Notes: a model not told the origin generated them from the sequence alone. Shown: positions 35,941 through 49,717, counted from the whole stretch's first letter. The stretch: DNA of 63,211 nt, filler included, from Bonamia ostreae (GCA_040357525.1; 14 parts of 14 records of this genome joined end to end with filler, not necessarily neighbours in it), one strand, 5' to 3'. Numbers and translations: made by a program.

Positions 35941-36520
35941 GATTTTTGTCTTAATTTTCAGTTTTTAAAAAATTTTGAATTTTTTTTAAATATTTTAAAA
36001 CTTTAAATTTTTACAATTTAATTAAAACATAGCAACCGTAAATACTTTTCGTTTTTTTTTTTAAATTACTTTTTAAATTTTGTTTTTTAATTTTTTTTTC
36101 ATAAATTTTTTTCGCGTTATATTTAAAAATTTAGTTTAATGTTTTTAACTATAAAAGTTGTTTTTTTTTTTTTTTTTTTAAAAAGNNNNNNNNNNNNNNN
36201 NNNNNNNNNNNNNNNNNNNNNNNNNNNNNTTAATTAATTAANNNNNNNNNNNNNNNNNNNNNNNNNNNNNNNNNNNNNNNNNNNNCGAATAATTGAAAGT
36301 GACAAGAGATGAAATCCATGTTATATCCATCAAAACAAAACAGATAAAAATGCTCAAATTCAATTGAAATAATTTTGCATTGAACAAATTTGGCTCGAAT
36401 TCCAATCGCCAGATTTTAGCCAAAGACAACATGTTTGAAACAATATTAACAAATGATGGGCAATCGCTCATTTTATAAAAATTTGGATAATAATTTTGTG
36501 GTTTTGAAGTTAATTTTTAA

Positions 36521-38653
36521 TCAAATCTCTTCATTTTTAATGTGCGAATTTAATCGCTTTATATCGTTTTCGAATTTAATTTTCAAAAATTTGGCAAATT
36601 TCCGCTTTAATATTTTACTTTGTTGATTTTTACAAATTCTTATCAAAATTTTTGATGCTTTTGCAATTTTTATTCGATTTACAAACTTTGCGCAGATTTT
36701 TGAGTTATCAAAAACAAGAAAATTTAAATTTGTTTTACTGTCAAACAATTCTAATCTGTCCCAAACATCCTTTTTCAGCTGCGTTTTGCCTTTTGTTTTC
36801 AACAGAGACTTAATAAACGGATTGACGATCTTTTCGTGATGAACAATGTAACTTTAAAAACATGTGCACTTTCTTTTTCAGCGCTAATACTGTCGATGAC
36901 AGTTTTATTAGCCAGAAACAACGCAAACAAACGCAAAAAACCTTTTGAATACGGAGCCGAAGTGCTCTTAATTAATTCGACTGTAAATTTTCTTATCAGC
37001 GCATAATCGATTTTGGAAACCGCAGATATCAGAAAATTGAACACTTTTTGATATTCGAAAATGCACATTTTTGATAACGTTTTTAACAGTTTCTTGTGGT
37101 GGTCGATAATCTGAACGGCTCCGAAATTAGTTGGAAATTCGATGGAAAATATTTTTGTCGCCAATTTTATTAATTTTCGTCTCTTAAATTTTCAAAAATT
37201 TTTAAAACGATTTTGTCGTTTTTCAGTGCAAAGTTTTCAAGTTTTTTTAAGAAAAGAAGAGAGATATTGGAATGGTAACTTGTGTTGTAAAAATTGCGAT
37301 CCGTCAAACAATTTTCTGCCACAACAAATAAAATCAAAGCAGTGCCAAAATTCTGATTTTTATTGGTTAAAAACATCGTCCATTCGTTCAATTATAAATT
37401 TGTTTTGATCAAAATTGATCAAAAAATCTTTCGAGTCAAAAATTTTTTTGAAATTTATTAGAAAATCGAAAAGTCTCTTTTCTTCTTTTAAATTCCTTTT
37501 TACCACAAATTTAATGTCGTTTTTAAAATAGTCGTCGTTTGCACAACAATAACAACAATAAATTTTGAGTAGTTTTTCTATCGATTTTTTGCTCATTTTC
37601 TGCTGATTTCGAGTGATCGATAAAATGATTTTTGCGAATAATGACAGGATTTCAATGTTGCCGAAGATGTAACATGGGCAAATTTTATTTTCTGCTAAAC
37701 TTAAGTTTTCAATGTCGTTTTCGGTAAAATTTTTCTTGTCATTTGAAAATGCCATTTTTGTTATTTTTTGTATTGTTTTCGTTTCTTTTTCCATATTTTC
37801 GAAAAATTTTGGGAAAATCAGACTGTAACATTGTCTAAAACTATCAAAATTTATAAAATTTGTAACAATAAAACTTGTTGATTTTGATAAAATATTCAGT
37901 CAATAAATTGCCAAATCTTAGAATATTTTGCCCATTTTCGCCATTATGCAATATTAAAATTTCTTGTTGCATCAACGAGAAAACATTTTGGTTGAAACAA
38001 GCTGTATCAACAAATTTTGTTATTTTAAAGTTATTTTTGCAAAATTTGGAAAACTCTTCCAAATCCATTCCAAAGCAGAATTTTTTCTTCGACAAAAATT
38101 TTGCGAAGGTTTCAACGTAATCTTTAGCGATTACAAAAATAGTTTAAAATTTTGGAAAATTTTAAGCAAAAGTTTTGATTAAAATCGAAAAGCAAAATTT
38201 GCAAACTTGATATTTTATTGACGTCTTTTATGATCGACAAATCAACATTTAGCAAATAATTATTCTCGTCGAATCCAAAAAATTCGAGTTTCTTTCGTAA
38301 AATTTAAAATTGCAAGAAAAAACTTTAACACAATATTGCAAGAAAAAATTGTCATATTTTGTTTTTAGTTGATAAATAGCTTTTCTTCCAAAAGTGTTTA
38401 ATAAGAAAATGTCAATCCATTCTGGCACTTCCTCAAATTTGCTCAAATTTTTTTCAATCGCTTCGTTTTTAAAGTTTGAAACGATTTCTTCAAAAAGTAA
38501 ATCTTCGGCAATTTTTTCTATTTCTTCTTTTTTCATTCCAGTTAAAACTAATATTTCAAAAAAATGGTTTATAGTCGTTGAAGAATTTATTTTTTCGGAC
38601 TTTTTTAAAGCTCTTTCCGGATTTTTCTTTTGTTTTTTGTTTTTTTCTGACAT
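36521..38653 (-). CDS. NELFCD: Negative elongation factor C/D (TH1-like)
   Basis: VPEWIDIFL...GRKAIYQL...FLQYCVK and IDYALIRKFTVELIKSTSAPYSKGFLRLF match the N- and C-terminal TH1 blocks. 3' end approximate. Confidence 0.7.
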
Positions 38654-38870
38654 ATAAGTTTAATACTGAAATTTTGGCTAAATATTTATTGACTAAAATT
38701 TGTTAGCTAAAAAACGATAAAATCCTCTTTAAAATTAAGAGGAGCAATTTATTTTTTTGTGGATTGTTTTTATTATAACAATTTTTGATTTTTAAAAAGT
38801 TCCGAAATGTTTTTGGCATTCTATTTTTTCATCAAATTTTTTGCTTTTGAAATAGAATTCGATTCTGAAA

Positions 38871-39717
38871 ATGGAACAAATATTGTTTTTTGTTAAAATA
38901 AAGATAAAACACGTTTCGAGAAACAAAAATGGCGAAACGGTTGTTTTTATTTTAGATTAAGTTGAGACTTGTAACGAAATTTAAAAACGATGTTATGGTC
39001 GTTTTTAATATTTTCTTCTAAATGTTCAATTTTTTCCAATTGAAATAATGGTCCAAATTTTTTGTTCGTTTAAAATTTTAACAACGAAAAATAAAGCGCA
39101 TTAATAAAGTTTTATTCGTCTATTCTGGAAAACGAAGGAGGCACAACAGTTTAAAATAGTTCATAAAAGTACACAAAAGAAGAATTTGATGAAAATGGAA
39201 TTATAAAGAAGACCAAAAATGTCGCTAAAAATAACAATTACACTGTTTTTACAAATATTCTAGAAAACTACAATTGATTCCTTTGTCAACAACAAATTGA
39301 AAAAAATAAAGAATATTGAAAGAGACAACGAAATTACAGTTTCGATTTAATTTTTAGAAAATAAGTACAGAAATTTACGATGAAAACGAAAAATTAATTG
39401 TTTTAAATTTTTAATAAAAACGTCGCAAATATAAAAATTTTAAAGAGAAAAATTTTTTCGAAAGAAAATATAAGTGACCACCAAAAAGTTTTTTGAATTA
39501 TAAAAAGAATGTTGTAAAAGAAAAAACGATAAGAAATTACAAAAATGGGAAATTGTTAAATTCCACTATTACACTGATCAACGAAAATAACGAAAAAGGC
39601 AAAGTCGTTCTTATCTTTGAAAACAACAAGATAACAAAGGTAACAAAAAACGGAGAACTTGGAAATTATATTGAACAACAGATCAAATTTTACACTAGAA
39701 AAAACAGATTTGAATAA
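38871..39717 (+). CDS. Hypothetical multi-exon Lys/Asn-rich protein
   Basis: Short exons separated by GTTT...AG introns; last exon is ORF 39493..39717. Confidence 0.35.
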
Positions 39718-39838
39718 ATTATTCTGTTATTTCTGTCAACATTTTTAAAATCTACAAAAAATAATTTAAATGAGTCTCAATTCAATAAGATCATGGTCAC
39801 TCGTTATTGAGTCGACAAATAAAAAGAAAAATGGCGAT

Positions 39839-40204
39839 TTAATAAATATACATTTTTGAGTTCTCTCTGGATGGACATATAACAATCATGAAAATACAAC
39901 AAAAGAAAAATAATGCAATTCCAATAGCGAGGAAAATAGACACAATTTTTCCCGAGAGTTCCTCTTCGCAAGATATTTGTGCGTACCCTGTTTTTCTATC
40001 AAGTTCCAAAACATAAGTGTTGTTTTCACAAATCATATAAAATGGATTGGTAAACGAGACTCTGTCGGGAGTGTACAGAGTCCCTTTTTCGCAAAGGTAA
40101 CTAGTTTCTATTGTGTTTTCGTCTATTTGTTTGTATTCGAAATCCAGAGGTTTTACGCAAGAGCGAACCATTTGGAGAGTGAAAAGCAATGTTAACAACC
40201 ACAT
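39839..40204 (-). CDS. Small type-I membrane protein with one 4-Cys Sushi-like domain
   Basis: Signal peptide, CVKP...SYLCEKG...MICEN...ISC, TM IVSIFLAIGIALFFFCCIFMIVI. Confidence 0.7.
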   Translation of the reverse strand: MWLLTLLFTLQMVRSCVKPLDFEYKQIDENTIETSYLCEKGTLYTPDRVSFTNPFYMICENNTYVLELDRKTGYAQISCEEELSGKIVSIFLAIGIALFFFCCIFMIVICPSRENSKMYIY

Positions 40205-40504
40205 TGAAAATTTGGTTTGTTCTGTATTTAAACTCTGAAATAAATGACAAAATAAAAATAATCGTTTATTTTGATCAAAAAAGCACTATTTATTATTATT
40301 ATTACTTTTAAACTAATTCAAAATGTAAATTTTTTAATAAAAAAGTACATTTTTATGTACATATTCCCCAAAAACAAGTCGTCGCAATTTAAAAGATTAA
40401 ATTTGAAAAAAAATAAAATTCCTCGCACAGACATAAAAATCAATGATGAAACGCTTTTTTGAATAATTTTAACGAACTATTAAAAAAGCGCTGAAGTGAT
40501 TTTT

Positions 40505-40700
40505 TTTTGACATTGGCCATTTTCGCACAATAATAAAAAGAAATTTTGACATAATTAATTTTACAAATTTGGCCATTTTCGCAAAATTACAAAAAGAAAT
40601 TTTGACATTTTAATTTTGCAAATTTGGCCATTTTCGCAAAATAATAAAAAGAAATTTTGACATTTTAAACATTTTAATTTTGCAAATTTGACATTGACCA
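40505..40700. repeat. Tandem repeat (~55-nt unit, 3 copies) containing GGCCATTTTCGC
   Basis: ttggccattttcgcaaaat..aaaaagaaattttgacat repeated. Confidence 0.85.
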
Positions 40701-40959
40701 NNNNNNNNNNNNNNNNNNNNNNNNNNNNNNNNNNNNNNNNNNNNTTAATTAATTAANNNNNNNNNNNNNNNNNNNNNNNNNNNNNNNNNNNNNNNNNNNN
40801 TTTTAGACCATTTTATTTTTGACTATTTTAATATTTATTTTCGACCATTAAAATTATGTTTATTTTTGACCTTTTTATTATTTATTTTGGACTATTTTAT
40901 TATTTATTTTCGATCATTTTATTATTTGTTTTATTTATATTCGACCATTAAAATTATAT

Positions 40960-43506
40960 TTATTTTCTCAAACAAACAACACACCCCAAAGAGTATTCAA
41001 CGCCATTGGGCGGGTGATCTACTTTAAGCGGACACGTCTCTTTCCCTTTGCACTATTTTTGCAAAAATCAAACTTTTGGCAGTTGACTAATTTTTTTCCT
41101 GCTCATACTTTTGCCCACCACTTGTTTCTTATGGCATTTGTCGCAAAAGTGCGTAGTGTCCCAGCAAAACCAGTTTGCTACGCCGCAACAAAATTTGCAT
41201 TTAAAAGTAATAAAGTCGTTTCCGTGGATTTCGCAACTTTTCGCGTTCTTCCCGGAAGAGCATGGTCCGCAAACCAAGTGAGATTTGTTGAACTAAAATT
41301 TTGTTGTTGCGATTTTTTGTTAACAGAAACGTTTTCAGAGACTTCGCGCAAAGCTTCTTCGCAATTCCTCATTCCTCCGAAATAAGGTTTTTCACATTTG
41401 CTGCAGAAATAGAAGGCAAACCGATGCATAGCGAATTCGTGCGGTCTGTTGTAGTAATGACTGTCTTTATTGCTCAATTTCGGGTCGTTTCTTAATCCTT
41501 CTAGATCTATTCTCTTTTTAATTTGAAATTTATCGCAAAAATGAACATTGCGATCACAAATTATTTGCAAAAACTTTAAACGCCATTTCGCGAATTTTAA
41601 GAAAGAAAGTTTTTTCCGTCTCAAAGACAGAACGCAAAGCTGGCTCCGACTTTAGATCCATTAATTTTTTGCACAGCGGGCAATTCAAATAACCAAACGT
41701 TATTCGAGCCGAAGGCCATTTTTTGTCCAATTTGGTCTTCACGCATTCCGAATGGAAAACGTGTCCGCATCCCAGAAGGACCACCGGAGCAGCCCCCAAC
41801 GACTCCACCCAACAAATTTGGCAAAAATCTTCACTCTTCACTTTAAGCTTCTTCTCGATGTGAGAAGCGCAATCTTCGACCAAACATCCCGGTCCTTTCT
41901 TCTCAGCGTGATTTTCCGTGCCCAAGCATCGATGCCCGCACGGAAGCTGTTCCTTGCACGAAATTTCGTCGCGCTCTCTGCACTCCTTTTTCGCGCAGAT
42001 CCCGTCGATCTGCGCGGGGACCAGCTCCGATTTGCACAGACGGCATTTCGGAGCAGCCCGGTAAAAGGAAAACTGTTCGCACGTTCTCCCTTTGTGGTAC
42101 GGCACCGAATCGCAAGAAGCGCAAAATTCGGTTTTGCATTGACTGCACCTAAAACGGTTTTTGACCAAATCACGACTCGCTTCTTCGGACAAAGCGACGC
42201 CGTTAAAAGTCTGAATCAACTCGTTTTCGTCGCCGTCCTCTTTATAGAAAGTGTGGCTGCACTTGGGGCAATTAATAAAAGAGTCGGATTTGGTCAAAAA
42301 CACCATTTGCTGCTCTGAAAACTGTTCGAGAAGATTGTTCTGTATGAACGAGCTGAAAAGCCAAGGCATTTCTGCGTTACAGCCATTTTTCAAACATTGC
42401 AATTTGTTGTTTTCGTAAAACTTTTCTTCGATTCTTCGAATTAACGTTTCGCTGATGCAAAATTGACAAGTTTTGTGTTCACATTTATTCTTTTGTTCAA
42501 CGTTTTCGTAACAAGATAAAACCTTTATCAGCGCTTCTTCGATCATTTGGCGGTTGCAAACAGCGCATTTTAATGTTTCGTTTTTGTTGTGGAATTTGTC
42601 GAAAGGGATTTGCGGTTGGTTTTTTTGTTGGCTATTTTGGTTTTTTTTGCCAATGTCGTCATCGTGTTTGAATATTTTGTCAAAATGCGCGTTTTGGTTG
42701 TTTTGTTTTTTCTGCTTTTTGGCGGTTTCAATTGTTTTTTTGTTCCGATAAAGTTGCCTTCCAAAAATTTCTTCGTTTATTATTTGGTCATTTTGTTCGG
42801 AAACGGAAACCGAGCCATTTTCGTTCATGTCGTTTCCTCTTTCGATGATATCCGTGTTATTAGTTTTAGAATCTCCGACTATCGGATTTTTCTTATTTGG
42901 CAATATTTTATGATCTAATTCATTAATTTCTAAAAGATTTTCTTGTTTCATTTGGTCCTTTTTAATCGGTTCGTCGATCAAATCAAATTTTTTGCGAAAT
43001 TGGTTAAATCCCTTTTTAACATTTTTTAGATTGTTTGAATTGGAACGTTTAGAAAAAGTTTTATGTCGTTGTCGATTTTGTTATAAAGATTTTTGTTGCT
43101 GCAATGGAAATCTTTGTCCTTTTTAATAACGATATCGCGGATACCTTTCATCGCTAATTTTATTTTTCTCAGTTCTTTCTCCAATTGTTTATAATCAAAT
43201 CGACTTGTTTTTAGGTTAGAAACTTTTGTTCTTCAGTTGCGTCAGTTTTCATTTTTCCCATGATTTTTGGGTTTTTGTTATCTTTGTACGAAATTTTAGT
43301 TTGATTTTTATTATATTCCGAAAATCCGATTTGTCTTATAGATCGGATTTTCGCCAAAAATGTGATAAACCTTTGTTTGAAATGGCCGGCGAAGAGTTTT
43401 TGTTTGGCAGCGAAAGACATAAATCGATATGCTAAAATTGAATTAATTGAACCGGTTCCAGTTCGTTTATCGGAAAGCTTTTAGAGCAAATCGGACATTG
43501 ATTCAT
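40960..43506 (-). CDS. E3 ligase: UBZ - RING/IBR-like - MYCBP2-type RING-Cys-relay module
   Basis: MNQCPICSK...HIDLCL; RFRCSQCKTEFCASCDSVPYHKGRTC; DFCQICWVESLGAAPVVLLGCGHVFH; PYFGGMRNC; FKCKFCCGVANWFCWDTTHFCDKCH; CPLKVDHPPNGVEYSLGC. Confidence 0.88.
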
Positions 43507-45462
43507 TATATCGATTATGTTTATATTTTTAATGGTTTTCTAAGTTTTTTAAATGAAACTATAAATTAGATATTTTTAAATGCAACTAAAAACTGAACTT
43601 TGAATATCGATATTAGATCGCTTTTGAGGGATTGCCTCACTTACGATTTTTCTTTTATCGAAAAAAATAAACGAAAACAAATTTACATAAAAAAGAATTA
43701 ATGGAACAAATAAACCTAATTTGCTCAAAAATTGGTAAAAAAATTAAAATGGAAAAAATTTGATCATAAGAAATTTGTTAATAAGAAAATTTAAATGGAA
43801 AGTTCATTTGCTACACAAATCGATTTAGTTTCTTTATTATGTTTAACGCCCCTAAAATTTAACTAATTCCATTTTTTTAACGGAAAAATAACTTGATCCA
43901 AAAGTTACTTTCACCTCGAAAAATAAATCTAAAAACAATTTGTTTTTTGTAGAAGAAAACTAAACTTGTTTAGGAATTTGGAATCCATTTTATGTTTACG
44001 ACTATTTCGATTTTTAATCATTTTTTCAAATCATTTAATCATTTTTCAATAACAGGTAATTCTGATTTTTTATTTACGGGATGATAACTGTTATGTTGAT
44101 TTACATTGTGAAATTGATATTTGGAATTTATTATTTTGTAAATTCGATATTTCTGTTTAATCGAATGTTGTCGAACTGGATATTTTGCAAAAATATTTTA
44201 TCGCTAAAATTTTTAAATTGCGAAGAAAATTTATTTTAAATCTTCGGACAGCTTTTGCACTTCCAAAAAATCCGTTTTGAGCATTTTGTTTCTCGTAAAT
44301 CGACTTTTTTGGAAAAGTTGAATTTTTATGGTTTTCCACAAATAACAAATTATTAGTAATTCTACCAACATGAGAATAAAAAGACACCAATTACTTAATC
44401 TAAAAGTTTTTCCAACCATTTTGATCTATCAATATACAAATAATATGTAATCTATTTAAAGCTTATCCCGAAAACTCAATTTTTAATTTCATTTCTTGTT
44501 TTTTTGATGTTCATTATCTTTTTTAATTCAAAATTTTTGTCCTCAAGTTTGATTCATTAGCGATCTTTTTATTCCCCAAATTTCTTAAATGAGCGCATTT
44601 AATCAATGTCCTTCTTCAAAAATTCTTTCTTCGCCTTAATTATAACCTTTTTTCTAAAAGGAAATAATTAAAATGTTTTCTTTTAGATAAAGTTTTGTTC
44701 TATAATAAAGTAATTTGGGACTCAAATGAAAATTGAAAAGGAGATAAATTTACCTCGCAAACTTAATTCATCTTTGACGATCGTTTGATTATGAAACAGA
44801 TTATGAGATCGTTGATTTTTGTAAATCCGTTTAGGCAAAACCACTTTTACAATGTAAAAAAAAATAAAAATAGTTTGTTCTAGATTATTTTTAAATGTAA
44901 CGAAAAACTCAAATTCGGAAATCAAAGTAAAATGGACAACAGTCAGTGACAACAGAGGTCGTTGTGGAACAGGGGAATATTAAATTAATTATAATATTTT
45001 CGCTGCAATTAAATGTCTGATAAAGTAAGGTTACTTTCATAAAACAAATATAGATAAAAAAATTATCAAAACTGTAAAGCAAATATAGATTGAATTATGA
45101 ATAATAAATGTAGTTGTCGCCGTCACATAGATATCTCTAAAATAGTAATTTTTATATTTAATAAAAATGATCAAAGTCGTGGTTTGAAAGAGTTGTATCA
45201 GTTATTCTGTNNNNNNNNNNNNNNNNNNNNNNNNNNNNNNNNNNNNNNNNNNNNTTAATTAATTAANNNNNNNNNNNNNNNNNNNNNNNNNNNNNNNNNN
45301 NNNNNNNNNNTTTATTTTTTTTTAAATTGATTATCGATTTTAAAAAATATTTGGAAATGGCTAAAATAAGAGGAAAATGACATTAAAAACAAGTGTGAGT
45401 GAAAAAGAATAAATTACTTGAAACGTAAATTTCGTAAAACATCAAAATTTTTGTAATTAAAA

Positions 45463-46424
45463 ATGGATTGCAGATTCCGTTGTAACAAATGTTGGAACTC
45501 TATAAAAGATTTCTTTTTTGTTGTTTTGTTAAAGCTAATAAAGATTCCTTGTTCTCATTTATTTTGCAGTGAATGCTTCAAAGTCTTAGCAAAATGCCCT
45601 CCAAAAAATCTTTCATGTTTTAACTTTTATGTGCAGGTCCTTGTTGCAATAAAGAATTTTGCATATCAAAAGTGCTCAAAATACCAACTAAAATGAATAT
45701 TAGCACATCTTCTAAGCAATTGTGGGGTTATCCTCCTTCAGTAGGTTTAAAAGATCTTGCATTGACATAAAAATAGGTGTGAACAGTCTTTCAAGTTGTT
45801 TGCAGTTCTACGAATATCATAAAAGACAAGAAATCGCGTGGTTACAGCATAGAATTGTTGTGGGGCAAAATAGACTTTCAGAAATAAAGGTTTTTTTTTT
45901 GTATTTAAAGAGGCAATACAAATCGTCGATATATGAAATTAAAGCAAAATTCGCAAAGATGAAGACTTTTTGCGAATCGAAGAAAAGTTTTTTCGAATAT
46001 AAAAATTCGGATAGACGAAACAGAAAAAATAAAATCGACGTACAAAAAACTGTACAAAGCCTATTCCGAAAAATGCAGAAAACTGAAAAAATTTGAAAAA
46101 TTTTATTCCTCGATTAAAACATCAGAGAATGTCATCAAAAAATCTTCTCAAAGGATTACAAATTACAGTTTTAGAACATTTATAAAAGGCCTTTCGCCAA
46201 TGATGGAAACTCAAACGCAAAAATTTTCCCCGTTTTCGCCTAAATCAAAAACAAGAAACAAGTCTCCCTTTCTACAACGCCTCGAAGAACCGGCAAAATT
46301 CCTCACTCCCAGCCGCAAAAATAAGAAAGAGATGTCAAAAAGCATAGAATACAATCAACTAAGCAGCGGCGGAAAAAGAAAGTATTCATTTTCTAATCTT
46401 TCTAGAAACGCGAGCGATTATTAA
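45463..46424 (+). CDS. RING/coiled-coil protein, HEI10/RNF212 (Zip3)-like
   Basis: FRCNKCW...IPCSHLFCSEC...CPCC...LWGYPPS...LQFYEYHKRQE, then coiled coil and S/P-rich tail. Confidence 0.6.
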
Positions 46425-47507
46425 AAAAAAACAATTAAAATTTGTTCACTTTTTAAATATGATAATTTAAAAACAATTAAAATTTTTCCTCAAAACAAGT
46501 AAAATTAACCGAAAATTTTTAAATGAGTTCAATTAATTCAAATAATTTTATATATCACGTCAATATTTTTGCAGAATGCAGTTGTCAACCAAAGTTAGTT
46601 AAGCAGTTTGAAGAATTTTTAAAAAATGACCAATTTTATATATTTGTTAGGAATACCACAAAACATAATGTTTGATTGTTTCAAGATTGATAACAAAGTT
46701 GATTAGAATATTGAAAGCGATCAAAAAACAAAAATTAACAGCTCCAAAAATTGCGATAAAAAAAATTTGCAATCGTTTTAACTTCCTTTACAAAGATTTG
46801 GATTTAAATAATGATCAAATATATTTGTTGATTGGAATTGAGAATATTCTCATTAATCCGATGATACTTTATGCAAAAGTGATCGATTATTTCACAGATA
46901 ATAAAAAATATTTAGAATTTAATGAACATTTGTGTTACAGATTAAAAAAATTTAAAGTATCGAATGTTTTCCAACTTTATACGATTTACAATTATGAAAA
47001 AATATTATTAAAATGAAAGAGTTAATAGCAATCTTTGATATCGTTAAATATTATTTATATTAAATGATAAACGGAAATTAAATTTTTATTTACGAAAAAT
47101 ATTTTTAATTAAAATTAGTTAAAAAAAATTGTAACAAAGTAGAATATTTTTATTCAAATTATGTATTTGGTGAATATTTATGTTCTGCTGCCATATTCAG
47201 TAAAAAATATAAACCAGACGAATAATTATGTACTTTTTGATTGGATTCAGAGTTTAAAAGATGAAAAAATTTTTAAGAATAATGTCGTAATAATTCTGAA
47301 AAAAGAGCGCAAGAATAACGGCTGTAATATTATTTATTATCTACACAATTTAATTTCATTTTGATAAAAAGTAACAGCAAAAATGAATTTGTTGTGACAA
47401 TTTAAAAAGAACGCGATTAATAAAAAAGAAATTGTGTCACAAATTTGGCGAATCAAATTCGATTGATATCTGACACAATTTTTTAACCGATAATAAATTT
47501 TTAATTA

Positions 47508-48392
47508 ATGGCTTTCACAACTTCCGATATGAACTATCTGTTTTCGGGTGATCCCAAAATCGCCGACCCTTTTCAAAGTCAGAACAAAAATTTTTTTTCT
47601 TTGGGGAATACCAATCAATCATTCAATGTTATTTTTCTATTTCACGTAAAACATAGACACAACTTTTACGGGAGATAAATGACGATATTGGCACGGAATG
47701 CATTCCAGACACTAATAAAGATGACTTGATTCCACATACCGGAAAAGTTGCCAAGTTTAGCCTCGACTCGCTTGATTTGAACCGTTCCTCCATTAAATCT
47801 TCAGAAGAGTCTAAAATGACGAGTGATGTAAATCACAACAATGCTTTTTTGGATAAACTGTTCGGTTACGATTGCAATAAAAGCTTTGGTAACATGAGCA
47901 AAAACTCATTTGAGAAACAATACAATCACAATGAGGCAAAGAGTAAACGGATTTTTAACAGAGACGCTCAAAATGTTGTACCTGTACCAAAACCAGTGAC
48001 AGAGAATAGTAAAAACATCCCAAATCTGAAAAATTTTATGCACAATCGTCACCTTGAGAAAAATTTTGCTTTAAATCCTTCTATGGGAATAAATCCATCA
48101 GAAAATCTGTTGAGACCAGAGAACAAGGAATTTCGAGACCTTTATCTGAAAAGGTACAAATTTTTAATGTAAAAGAATTAGAGCGCACTGTAATAAAACT
48201 TACAAAACAGTTTATGGGTTTGAGATGAGAAGAAGAATGATTTTACAGTTTAGAAAAAAGATGTATGCTTTGAACAAAAGCGGAGTGACAAAATATCCGA
48301 GGAGAAAAGTTTTTGCCGAGAAGAGACCCAGAATCAATGGAAAGTTTGCAAAAATGGACAGAATAGATAGACAACAAGTATTAACTTTTTAA
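47508..48392 (+). CDS. CCT-motif protein
   Basis: Last exon RRRMILQFRKK...KYPRRKVFAEKRPRINGKFAK; two short introns. Confidence 0.75.
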
Positions 48393-49028
48393 ATTGGAGT
48401 TTTTGTTCATCTTTCAAATCTTCCTTGTTTGAACTTTTAATTTTCTGCATCTCTGATAATACACATTACCAAAGAGAAACGCTCCTGTTTCTATCGTCGG
48501 CTGATCACACGGCATCGAACTTCAATGATACAGCAATTCAGTTGGAACATAAATAATTATCTGTTATTAAAAATGACCAAAAGTTAATGTCTACATTTCG
48601 GAAAATAATATTTATTTATTCTGAATACGATGTAAACGGGCTTCCAATAGAGTCCTGAGCTTCTCCTCTTTGACCTGTCTCAATTAAAAAAAATAACGAA
48701 CACATTTAATCTCATTCGAAAATATCTCAAAGGGTCTATAAGTGTGGAAGAAAGTTGACTTTGCTAGAAAACATAACTTCGACCCTCTTATTTAAACCTG
48801 CAACTGAAAATTCAAACAAAAATTTATTTGAAATAAAATATTTTCGATAACGTCTTTCCATTACACTTTTTCAGTCATAGTCTGTCTTCTCTTTATGGTA
48901 TTGTTAAGTATAATAACTCATTGTTGTTGCAAACAACAGAAGTATTTTGATTCAGATATAACAACCTGAACATATAATTTATATACTTGGAATCAAAAAA
49001 ATTAAATTTAAAGCCTATTTATTTAAAA

Positions 49029-49717
49029 ATGATTCTGATTCTAACAGTATTTTCGATTTTCACCGTGCTTTCGACAGACAGATACATCAGAATCACCCCT
49101 TTGAGTGGAGTAACAATGACCGACAACAGCAAGTTTGGAAATCAAAGAGTTATTTTTTTTAAATTTAGATAATACCGGAAATAACTCTCCGTTTCAACCT
49201 CTCTTCGAAAATCATGGTTTGGTTCCGTCTAAATGAATTCAACAATCTCGCCAATTACGAAGAAAGTATTTTTAAATTATCGAGCCCTTAATACGCAACA
49301 AAAAACTTTAAAGAAAAAGTTTCTCAATTCTTCGTTATCAACGAATTCGCCAGAATACAGCCGCCGGTGGCGACGGTAGAATACGGAGCTGTGTTTTACG
49401 TCGGCGATGAAAAATTTGAAACGTATCGAAAAGCAAAGTTTTTCGCGTCCACTCATCGCCAATTCTTCATCGGGTCGTTATCGGCTGATTCCCTGCAACT
49501 CAACTACAGCATTCCGAGAAGAATTTCCGTTGCATTTTTAAGTTTGAAGAAGGTTGTCAAAGTGTTCAAAAGAAGACAGCGTTCAAATCGATTTCTGTTC
49601 TTCTTCCAGGCAAGGTTCTGGGACAGCGAGGACAACAACTGGCCATGCTTCAAAGACACATCCATGCGCACCGGGAAGTGTCTTGCAACAGAAATACCGA
49701 CGTACTACTTGGAGCCA
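49029..49717 (+). CDS. Hypothetical secreted protein, 3' partial
   Basis: Signal peptide MILILTVFSIFTVLS; multi-exon. Confidence 0.5.

Noticed and set aside
41014-42918. Many overlapping antisense/alternate-frame ORFs (also 5766-7019, 10314-11057, 31902-32451)
   Set aside because: Shadows of locally GC-richer real coding sequence; no motifs of their own
43510-45210. Gene-poor AT-rich stretch with short broken ORFs (also ~46430-47500) as a transposon remnant or pseudogene
   Set aside because: No terminal repeats, transposase or RT motifs, or coherent spliced frame that I can support
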